Assembly (NCBI GenBank): GCA_028284445.1
Contig: JANQRS010000068.1
Coordinates: 205,300 to 269,299 of the forward strand
Direction of reading: 5' to 3'
Source of the DNA: Calditrichia bacterium
GTDB lineage: Bacteria > Calditrichota > Calditrichia > RBG-13-44-9 > J075
DNA length: 64,000 nt
Shown piece after piece: positions 49,901 to 56,659 of the stretch. The translations under genes and the position numbers were made by a program. How positions within the stretch are numbered: the first letter of the stretch is position 1; each line of letters starts with the position of its first letter. The notes beneath the pieces were generated by a model. That model worked only from the letters and a program-made list of their open reading frames with translations. It did not search any database and was not told where the DNA came from.

Positions 49901-50686
49901 TTTGTAGGCATTCTGAATGATGCCGCGAACATCTCTTTCATGAAAGGTAACCGGAATCAGAATGGTGCTCATTAATCGATTGCCAAGACATCCCCAAAGG
50001 AAGAACACCAGTGCCGTAAGGGTTGCGCAGCACCACCAGGCCATCTTTTTCATCTCGAAAACAACATCGGTTTCCTGACCCGTCGGCAAGATAAAAATCG
50101 TTTCCGGCCGCCAGAGGAATTGATTCTGCCCGAGAATGCTCAGGAACCACAGTTCGATAAAAATGATGCCCAGCAGGATAATGAAGAGGGTTAGTGAATC
50201 AAACCAAAGCCAGCGATTGGGACGATTGCGGGATTGCGGTGCTTCCGCTGCGCGAATATCACGGAAGGCGCTGCGGTATAGCTTGAAAATTGACAAAATG
50301 AGGTAGCCCAGGCAGAATGCGGCTGCTAAAAAGCAGTAGATATAAAAATAGGTGGTAGCGGATTCTGTTTTGGAAAGGAAGTCGACAATCAGGTAGTGCG
50401 GAAAGAGTGCGACGATTAGCAGAATCAGCAGGGTGTTACGTGAATAGATCAGGGCATTTTCCAGCCCGGCCGGCCAATTTTTGATTGCCATCCAGGCCGG
50501 TATCCACAGTAGTGCCAGGAAGCCCATACAGAAGAGCAGGTGAGCAACGCCGGTCAGCACGTAGTGCCGCACCTGGATATCATCGAAAAGAACCACAGCG
50601 CAGACAGTGGATACGAGGGTGGTCGTCAGGCTTGGCAATAAGATCAGGTAGAGAAAGAAGCGGCGGATATCGCCTTTTTCCCGCAA
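46964..50686 (-). CDS. Very large (1240 aa) polytopic membrane protein with cytoplasmic Rossmann/RCK-like and Cys-rich regions, function unknown
   Basis: Uninterrupted 3.7-kb ORF. About 350 aa of TM helices at the N-terminus, then a GxGxxG segment (HIVFLGFGSLGQRVV), a long cytoplasmic region and a Cys-rich C-terminal region. I recognise no family for it. Confidence 0.6.
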   Translation of the reverse strand: MREKGDIRRFFLYLILLPSLTTTLVSTVCAVVLFDDIQVRHYVLTGVAHLLFCMGFLALLWIPAWMAIKNWPAGLENALIYSRNTLLILLIVALFPHYLIVDFLSKTESATTYFYIYCFLAAAFCLGYLILSIFKLYRSAFRDIRAAEAPQSRNRPNRWLWFDSLTLFIILLGIIFIELWFLSILGQNQFLWRPETIFILPTGQETDVVFEMKKMAWWCCATLTALVFFLWGCLGNRLMSTILIPVTFHERDVRGIIQNAYKYLRHFALALLLNKPVLVPGGLVLTFIFLFTPIVFVSVDQYQMLDTLTEADQIILAIGVFFAWFSNLVISAINPDVTFADYFNKRLSTQLMMVQGHIVFLGFGSLGQRVVEREVNQMLSGKNGDYFLEVVTPDIRIEMLSSHAVIVERRRDELIYAGENQTLGEYGVASTHRRIYKSRDPRGNIIHPESRILVPMVIGEANEASMPSRVNLERSRLIISMVPDEESVQAVFEQADRTNISTIMSVSRSDQISYLTYRARHRRIVLVYPKHNQGKTLGHKLWTAILKVRSLEKMPKNQWPRILIVGNNKANHYMVEHIWNSLPGSFEKKSALVQENIAFLAVAPDERIGYPVLKDKDNKDTFDLAWPQTFVTGGRFPDEADDVPEIDTINSPTRVVNQADSISIEACIREHQPQILVIDHDEIEHSSLLLARCVRALERLKTRQPSKFRLPLILLSTSLGDERERLILGDASRYYDALCKMHNELVALDTSYPAHARYDHYTSELVGETITDSLSDAEEIIAGARRTLSRAENSGINPQKLPHHEKQFVEISSCFPNRPGALANYMARLSGIDFVPPTMDLLEQLWQASAKDIRVPSFRHLRNITLDPAGNGFALSGYASLVPVRKDSPIFEAVAEETSRIVRTYVNDGRKHREKELDIAEMYGRSELEALQRRLDTHEKPQPPGVPEVLDRLTRRKCGEDSTITEFQQVMMDPDENGVSGKYACPGMTHCRISAYQDFVAGANNLRLNPQINRTGDSRLWHSQNYQCCSSMTQAKTEELPTPSSPYARIFCCGSNATHPGQISQVLNQLVFRGQPTYCSPSGDESDDWVLNVDYFQDASCQNSYFTLNRLFGFFQKKRPMKHQSDVPRHEIRLIRILPIGNLDAFREWYEYSRALCQFMNRETSEPLYQFYWMDEKRKRHDDLADQPSFNKEDRSSFPIVLVIKRREAVDTDLYYDLNRCRVCGVQDAENDCSNLRAWV

Positions 50687-50836
50687 TGGATATTGAAAAT
50701 CAGCGCTGATGCTTCACTCCTTCCTGGTGGTCTTGGGTATTAATATATCAAATGCTGTTGATTTTCGCACATGCCTTCGCTGATCGGTGTGTGTCTTTAT
50801 CTTTCCGCTCGTAGAGCACAATTCTGAATTTTTTCA

Positions 50837-50990
50837 AAACCTTTCGACACGGATTTCCACGGATGAACACCGATTCCGACAGATGATAGATAAGAAAAAA
50901 AGCTCTAAATGCTTGACAGGATCAACATGATTGACATGATAAGGATTCCCAAGCTTAACTACATCCTGTTGATCATGTAAATCCTGTCAA
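50837..50990. repeat. Composite repeat copy A: 4x heptamer array (CACGGAT/CACCGAT/GACAGAT, 10-bp period) + 25-bp palindrome
   Basis: Heptamer array ACACGGATTTCCACGGATGAACACCGATTCCGACAGATGATAG at about 50845-50890. Palindrome arms GACAGGATCAACATGATTG and ATCCTGTTGATCATGTAAATCCTGTC. About 78% identical to copy B. Confidence 0.6.
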
Positions 50991-51387
50991 AGTTCTCTTT
51001 AGAGAGGGCATGTTTTGCCGTAACCTTGTTAACGCGGTTGTCAGAAAGTGGTGTAAACAAAGTTGCCAATTGTCGAATTTGTCGAATCGATTTCTCTTCC
51101 TGCATACCATTCTTCCCAATTTTGCTTTTTGTGTTTTAAGTTATTTGTAAACAGTGGTTTGTGATCTTGTTGATTTGCGTTTTTTTGCGGCGTTTGTTGC
51201 TTTTGCGGCATTTGGCACCGGCGCAGGTATTCAAATTGCAGTAAGAACTGGCAACGAGGCATGATAGTGCTGAGGGAAAATATGAGGCATGTAATTTGAG
51301 GACGAATGTCTCGTGAAATTGTCAACACGATGGAGTGAGAACAACTAAATAGACCGTTTTCACTGATATTTGAGAAGGAGGATTCTC

Positions 51388-52515
51388 ATGATACGGCAGC
51401 TAAACTGGATGTTAAGCGGATTTCTGATGATGGCCTTTGTAATAGGCATGACGACAAATGGATTGTCCCAATCAGATCGTCCGGCGACGAAGCGCTCACG
51501 CGTTGAGTCCAAAGAAGATAAAAAGAAAACCACTCGCGGCCGATCCGTCATCGGCGCCAAGAAGCGCAGCAATGATGATGACAAGAAGGTCGTGCGACGA
51601 AATAGCGGCAACCGCAATAGCGAAGCCCGCCAGCGAAACGATCGCAGTCGAAATCGCGATACAAGACAGCGAAACGAGCGCCGCCGCAATAATGATGGCG
51701 TTCGCAATGATAAGCCGCAGCAGCGAAATGATCGCCACACCCGCTATGACCGCAATCAGGATCGGCGTGACAATCGCGATGCGCGTAATAATAGAAACAA
51801 CCGTGGACGTGACAACCGCAATGGTCGCATAGATCGTAATCGTCATCGCGATCACAATCGTGGCAAAAACCATGATCGCAGCCGTCGCTTCGAAAACCGT
51901 CATCATGATCGGGACCGCGGATATCATCACTACGATTGGCGCAAGGATTATCGTCGCTATCGCTGGAACCATCCGTACTGGAAGAAGCATCATCGTCCGC
52001 GGAAGAAGTATTACTATCGCTATGGTTGGTCGCCGTTTTTTAGCCTGACCTTGCGTCCCAGTATCCGCTTCAGCACCTATACAAGGCCGTTGATCAGAAG
52101 CAACAGTCATATCGTTTACACCAAAGAATATGATAGCTATGATTACGTGCCGGGTGATCCGATTGGATACGCAGTACACATAAGCTTTAACGGCCGGGTC
52201 CGTGTATACGATCGATACTACGATCAATCACCGGAGCTGGTAGATGAATACTATATCTCACACCGCAAGTTGCGTCGTCTTGAACGCATCCTGGATCGCG
52301 GTCGCTACTACGACTACGAACATTGCCTGCTGGACGAATATGGCGATGATGATCATCCGGGATACGCAACAATAGGTTACCGTACCTCTCGATATCGTCC
52401 GATGCGCACGGTATCACTCAACTTGTCCGCACCCCGGCGTCACCAACCGGAGTATTTTGTGGACTTCAATGAAGAAATCGAGGAAATGTTATACGACCGT
52501 GGTTTCTTTCAGTAA
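51388..52515 (+). CDS. Membrane-anchored, extremely Arg/Asn/Asp-rich low-complexity protein
   Basis: GAGAAGGAGG lies 7 nt upstream of the ATG. N-terminal hydrophobic anchor (LSGFLMMAFVIGMTT). About 200 aa of RNDR/RNER/DRNR low-complexity sequence. The C-terminal roughly 140 aa are non-repetitive and Tyr/Arg/Asp-rich. A stem-loop lies just downstream. Both the opposite strand and a second frame are also open, as expected for repetitive DNA. Confidence 0.5.
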   Translation: MIRQLNWMLSGFLMMAFVIGMTTNGLSQSDRPATKRSRVESKEDKKKTTRGRSVIGAKKRSNDDDKKVVRRNSGNRNSEARQRNDRSRNRDTRQRNERRRNNDGVRNDKPQQRNDRHTRYDRNQDRRDNRDARNNRNNRGRDNRNGRIDRNRHRDHNRGKNHDRSRRFENRHHDRDRGYHHYDWRKDYRRYRWNHPYWKKHHRPRKKYYYRYGWSPFFSLTLRPSIRFSTYTRPLIRSNSHIVYTKEYDSYDYVPGDPIGYAVHISFNGRVRVYDRYYDQSPELVDEYYISHRKLRRLERILDRGRYYDYEHCLLDEYGDDDHPGYATIGYRTSRYRPMRTVSLNLSAPRRHQPEYFVDFNEEIEEMLYDRGFFQ

Positions 52516-52523
52516 CACCGCAG

Positions 52524-52560
52524 CCCTTCGGCCGGACCACCGACCCCGGCCGGAGGGCAT
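52524..52560 (+). terminator. Stem-loop terminator after the Arg/Asn/Asp-rich protein gene
   Basis: CCCTTCGGCCGG-ACCACCGACC-CCGGCCGGAGGG is a 12-bp GC stem with one mismatch, located 9 nt after the stop codon. Confidence 0.45.
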
Positions 52561-52778
52561 TTAAAAACAATTTCCCGGCTACGGGATGATATAGATAGAG
52601 CTCGACTGACCGTCGCTCGACAACAACAAGGAACGGCACTCACTGCCTGTAGATAGCATTCAGAATTGGAATTTTTGGCAGCATCAGTTCATCCAAACTG
52701 TGAATGACATCCGGGCGGTGAGTGCCAGGTTGGTTTCTACAAACACAATCACACCGACAAAACATTAGTGAGGGCATC

Positions 52779-52940
52779 ATGAAAAAACCATTGGGATTTA
52801 TCCTGTTTAGTTATTTTCTGTTTTGGCTGGTTGGCATTGTTGTTTTGGGAATCAGCAAGCCGGAGAAGGGTATGGAAATGACCCCTGCTTCCAAGGCCAG
52901 CAGCAGTGTTTCGAAGTGGATAAAGTCGATTAAAAATTAA
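52779..52940 (+). CDS. Small single-pass membrane peptide (53 aa), function unknown
   Basis: GAGG lies upstream of the ATG at 52779. Hydrophobic core FILFSYFLFWLVGIVVLGI. It ends immediately before repeat copy B. Confidence 0.35.
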   Translation: MKKPLGFILFSYFLFWLVGIVVLGISKPEKGMEMTPASKASSSVSKWIKSIKN

Positions 52941-52945
52941 GGATT

Positions 52946-53100
52946 AAAACCCTTCGACACAGATGCACACGGATTTTCACAGATTTACACAGATGATAGG
53001 CAAGAAGGAAGAAAAAGAATTTCGACAGGATCAACAGGATTGTCATGATAAAGACCTCCGATCAGAATTTTATCCTGTTGATCCTGTAAATCCTGTCAAT
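52946..53100. repeat. Composite repeat copy B, same orientation as A
   Basis: Heptamer array ACACAGATGCACACGGATTTTCACAGATTTACACAGATGATAG at about 52957-52997. Palindrome arms GACAGGATCAACAGGATTG and ATCCTGTTGATCCTGTAAATCCTGTC. Confidence 0.6.
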
Positions 53101-53214
53101 TCTTTTTTCTGGGTTTATTCGTGAAAATCAGTGTTGATGGGTTTTATTTTTGTAGTGTCTTTTTGTACGAATTGACCTAATTTCTTTCCAGTATTCATAT
53201 CAAAGAAACGATGG

Positions 53215-53487
53215 TTGGACACTATGAAGACCTACACCCCTATTGATTGTAACTACTACGACCGTCTTGAGGCTTTGGCAACAATGGCCAGGGTTGCCCG
53301 CATTGAATATCGAACCGACAGCGACGATACCGAAACGGTTGATGACATTATTGTTAACGTTTTCTCACGGAATGGCGCAGAATATATCTCCCTGAAAAGC
53401 GGCCTGGAAATTCGACTGGATTACCTCATTGCCGTTGATGGCCACATCAATCCGGCGGATCCATCCTGTCAGGTGCCAAAGCGATGA
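53215..53487 (+). CDS. rof: Rof-like protein (Rho-binding antiterminator family)
   Basis: TYTPIDCNYYDRLEALA...EYI...EIRLDYLI is collinear with E. coli Rof (TYQPINCDDYDNLELAC...EYL...ELRLDKI). Overlaps the next gene by 4 nt. Confidence 0.55.
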   Translation: MDTMKTYTPIDCNYYDRLEALATMARVARIEYRTDSDDTETVDDIIVNVFSRNGAEYISLKSGLEIRLDYLIAVDGHINPADPSCQVPKR

Positions 53488-54041
53488 TTCGATCATTGCG
53501 ACGCCGTGTTATACGCAAGATGCTGGGAACTTATAAACGGCGCATACAAGAAAATGTGCAACTGGATGTCGCCCACTGCCTAATGGCTGCGGCTAATATT
53601 GTTGACAAAAATCAATATGGTTTTTTGACGACCTACGGCAAAGAACCATGGCCCAACACTCGCCTTGTTCAACCAATTATTGACGAACAATTCACCTTTT
53701 GGATCGGCACCAATCCCGACCTTCGCAAGGTTGCTGAAGTCAAAGAAAATCCCCATGTCACCTTTGCTTTCCAGGACAATAAGCGCCAGGCAAATTTGAT
53801 CCTGCAAGGAAAGGCGACGATCGTTGACGATCTTGAGCTGCGCCGTAAATACTGGAAGGGAGAATGGCAGCTGTTTTTCCCCGGTGGCTCGCAATCAGAT
53901 GAATACATCCTGATTCGGATCGATGTAGAAAAAATGGAGCTGATGAGCTTCGAAGACAATGTTGTGCCGGAACCCTTTGGCCTTAAGCCGGTGAAGCTCA
54001 TAAAGCAAAATGGTGAATGGCAAACGACGAATGTCGAATGA
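53484..54041 (+). CDS. Pyridoxamine 5'-phosphate oxidase-like FMN-binding protein (general stress protein 26 type)
   Basis: Split-barrel PNPOx-like pattern (FLTTYGKEPWPNTRLVQP...FWIGTNPDLRKV...NPHVTFAF). Its 3' end is duplicated 115 bp downstream. Confidence 0.7.
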   Translation: MIRSLRRRVIRKMLGTYKRRIQENVQLDVAHCLMAAANIVDKNQYGFLTTYGKEPWPNTRLVQPIIDEQFTFWIGTNPDLRKVAEVKENPHVTFAFQDNKRQANLILQGKATIVDDLELRRKYWKGEWQLFFPGGSQSDEYILIRIDVEKMELMSFEDNVVPEPFGLKPVKLIKQNGEWQTTNVE

Positions 54042-54078
54042 AGATTGCAGAGTGAAGAATGACTTTTTCATCTCACCT

Positions 54079-54137
54079 ATTGAATACGGCGTAGCCGTTA
54101 CAGATTCTAGCCCCGGGTTTCTTTTCTACCCGGGGAG
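54079..54137. repeat. Second structured repeat family, copy 2, flanked by a 35-bp direct duplication
   Basis: The same element. The sequence GCAAACGACGAATGTCGAATGAARAWTGCAGAG occurs on both sides, at about 54018-54052 and about 54133-54167. Confidence 0.55.
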
Positions 54138-54160
54138 GAATTGCAAACGACGAATGTCGA

Positions 54161-54913
54161 ATGAAAAATGCAGAGGAATATCCATTGTCAATCCTGGTCG
54201 TAGGCGCTAGTGGAGCCACAGGGCGTTTACTCGTAAAGCGATTGGTTGATCGCGGAAAGAGCGTCAAGATTATTGTCCGTTCTGCGGATGCCTTACCTGA
54301 ACTTCTGCGCAGCAACAAGAATATTTCCATTATTCAGGCCAGCCTGTTAAGTTTAAGCGATACGGAATTGCAAAATCATGTCAGCGGATGTGAAGCCGTG
54401 GCTTCATGCCTGGGCCACAATCTCACATTTAAGGGTGTTTTTGGTGCGCCGCGAATGCTTGTCACCGAAGCAACGCGGCGGCTTTGCCTCGCTATCAAGT
54501 CGCACTCACCAATGCAGCCGGTGAAGTTTGTTTTGATGAATACAACCGGTAATAGAAATCGCGATCTGGCGGAAAAGGTTTCATTTGCGCAGCGGCTGGT
54601 TGTGGGGCTCATTCGTATATTGCTGCCACCACACCGTGATAATGAGAACGCGGCAGATTACCTGCGAGTAGAAATTGGTCAAAACGATAATGCTATCGAG
54701 TGGGCTGTCGTCCGACCGGATGGTTTGATTGACGAGGAATTGGTAACAGACTACGATATCCATCCATCGCCTATTCGGAGCGCAATTTTTGATGCCGGAA
54801 AAACAAGCCGCATCAACGTTGGTGATTTCATGGCTGAACTCATAACAAATAGAGATACCTGGAATACATGGAAAGGCCGGATGCCGGTGATTTATAATAG
54901 GGTTCAACCTTAG
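54161..54913 (+). CDS. NAD(P)H-binding NmrA/atypical-SDR family oxidoreductase
   Basis: N-terminal Rossmann motif ILVVGASGATGRLLVKRL; 250 aa. Confidence 0.8.
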   Translation: MKNAEEYPLSILVVGASGATGRLLVKRLVDRGKSVKIIVRSADALPELLRSNKNISIIQASLLSLSDTELQNHVSGCEAVASCLGHNLTFKGVFGAPRMLVTEATRRLCLAIKSHSPMQPVKFVLMNTTGNRNRDLAEKVSFAQRLVVGLIRILLPPHRDNENAADYLRVEIGQNDNAIEWAVVRPDGLIDEELVTDYDIHPSPIRSAIFDAGKTSRINVGDFMAELITNRDTWNTWKGRMPVIYNRVQP

Positions 54914-54919
54914 GACGTC

Positions 54920-55696
54920 GTGACAGATCAAAATTCCAATACTGGCAAACAATCCGGGGCAACCCAGATGCAATTCCTGCTGCTTGCTATTCTGTTTGGG
55001 GCAACAATTGCTGCTCAACTGATTAGCCTTGCCTTCGGTCGAGCCGATGCTGAGCAAAGCTTTGCTTCGATGATTTTGCCAAGTGTTATTTTCCTGAGCG
55101 TGGTTACTTTACCGTCGATTTGGGTTGGTATTCGCCTGGGCCGTCCAATCGGTCTTGGAACGCCTTTGATTGAAGCTTTATTGTCGAAGCAGCCGGGTGC
55201 TTACCGACAATTGGTCAAGGATGCTGTATTGGCTGGTATACTTGGTTTGTTGGTGGGCGGATTGATTCTGCTAATCAGGGTATTCAGCGAACCGTATCTT
55301 CCAGCTGAACTTCCTGCTTTCGGACATCGCGGCGTAATTGGTGGCCTGGCAGTCTCATTGGGAGCGGCCGTGGCAGAAGAAGTCTGGTTTCGGCTGGGTT
55401 TGATGACATTGCTGGTATGGTCAGTGGCACGTATGGCCGGACAGCTGGAACCACGGCCAATTGTTGTCTGGTCAATCATTTTTGTTGCCGCAGTGGGGTT
55501 TGGCATGGCCCACTTGCCGCAGCTGATGTCTTATGGCGCTGCCTCACCCTTTGCTATCGGAGGAACAATTTTCGGGAACAGCCTCGTTGGCATGCTTTAC
55601 GGCTGGTGCTATTGGCGAAGGGGGCTTATCGCTGCGATAGTGGCACACTTTTCCGTGGATGTGGTGCTTCACGTGCTGCCGGCACTTGCCGGATGA
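54920..55696 (+). CDS. CPBP-family intramembrane glutamic endopeptidase (CAAX protease / Abi domain)
   Basis: Motif 1 EExxxR (VAEEVWFRLG), motif 2 FxxxH (FGMAHL) and motif 3 H (AIVAHFSVD) on a polytopic scaffold. Confidence 0.8.
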   Translation: MTDQNSNTGKQSGATQMQFLLLAILFGATIAAQLISLAFGRADAEQSFASMILPSVIFLSVVTLPSIWVGIRLGRPIGLGTPLIEALLSKQPGAYRQLVKDAVLAGILGLLVGGLILLIRVFSEPYLPAELPAFGHRGVIGGLAVSLGAAVAEEVWFRLGLMTLLVWSVARMAGQLEPRPIVVWSIIFVAAVGFGMAHLPQLMSYGAASPFAIGGTIFGNSLVGMLYGWCYWRRGLIAAIVAHFSVDVVLHVLPALAG

Positions 55697-55851
55697 ATAT
55701 TGCCCGTGTTAAATCCAGGTGCTGAATAGTGTAGTCATAACTTCTATTTCTTACCCGCAATGAAATAGAAAATTTGAAATGAAGTATCAATTTTGATCGT
55801 GGGAAGCAAAAATAAAGTTGCGATCTGTAGTTGTATATGCTATCATTGTCT

Positions 55852-56286
55852 ATGGTGATTACTGTAGATACAAATGTGATTTTTTCAGCCCTTTATAGCA
55901 AGAAAGGCGCCTCACATGCGATTCTCCGACTAATTTTGGAAGAAAAGTTGAAATTAGCAGTCTCTGTACCTGTCTACTTTGAATACTATGATGTATTGAG
56001 CAGGAAAGAGCTGATGTCGAAGCTTCCCTTTACGGCATCCGAATTAGAGGATGTGCTGGATTTATTGGCATTGCTTGCACAAAAGAATTCCATCTATTTT
56101 CTGCTCAGACCCAATCTGCCTGATGAAAAAGATAATATTTTTGTAGAGTGTGCTTTTGCTAGCAATAGCAAATATTTGATCACCTCAAATATAAAGGATT
56201 TTAAGATGTCGGAACTCAAAGGAATGGCGTTCAGCGTAGTTACGCCAGGAGAATTTATTCGAAATTGGCGGGGTAAAAATGAATAG
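55852..56286 (+). CDS. PIN-domain toxin of type II toxin-antitoxin pair
   Basis: VITVDTNVIFSAL N-terminal acidic motif and a C-terminal LITSNIKDF region typical of PIN_3-type nucleases. The ORF-track start at 55831 is alternative. Confidence 0.65.
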   Translation: MVITVDTNVIFSALYSKKGASHAILRLILEEKLKLAVSVPVYFEYYDVLSRKELMSKLPFTASELEDVLDLLALLAQKNSIYFLLRPNLPDEKDNIFVECAFASNSKYLITSNIKDFKMSELKGMAFSVVTPGEFIRNWRGKNE

Positions 56287-56539
56287 AACGCAAGTAGTCA
56301 CATTAAGAATGCCCAAAGAACTAAAGAAGCGATTAGAGCAAGAGGCTCAGCATCAGGGAGTATCATTAAATCAATTGACAAACTATTTGCTCAATATTCA
56401 GTTGACGCAATTAGAGATGCTGTCCAGCCTTGAGAAAAGACTTGCAAGCAAGAATCTCAAAGACCTAAAAGAAAAGGTGCATTTACTACTGGATCGCGTC
56501 CCTGATCGGGATGTCCCGGAATGGGATCGAGTTGACTAA
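56279..56539 (+). CDS. Ribbon-helix-helix-like antitoxin partner
   Basis: 86 aa. N-terminal beta-strand/helix pattern (VVTLRMPKELKKRLEQEAQHQGVSLNQL). Overlaps the PIN gene by 8 nt. Confidence 0.5.
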   Translation: MNRTQVVTLRMPKELKKRLEQEAQHQGVSLNQLTNYLLNIQLTQLEMLSSLEKRLASKNLKDLKEKVHLLLDRVPDRDVPEWDRVD

Positions 56540-56659
56540 CAGCTTTGCCCGAGAACTTCCAGTAAAAGGAAAGCCTCTCTGGACAACGCCGCCGATTAGA
56601 ATAGCTTAAAGGAGTGGTTTATGCTCTCGCGAGACATGCCAATCCCAAGGAGGATACCA

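Noticed and set aside
51458-52227. Long ORFs on the opposite strand (51496-52227) and in a second plus frame (51458-51832) over the Arg/Asn/Asp-rich gene.
   Set aside because: They are a consequence of the low-complexity, stop-poor repeat DNA. Only the 51388 frame has an SD, an N-terminal anchor and a non-repetitive C-terminal domain followed by a terminator.
50837-53100. Repeat copies A and B as integron attC sites bracketing a gene cassette.
   Set aside because: No intI integrase or attI in the window. No clear GTTRRRY core sites at the palindrome ends. I kept it as a generic repeat-flanked cassette rather than calling it an integron.
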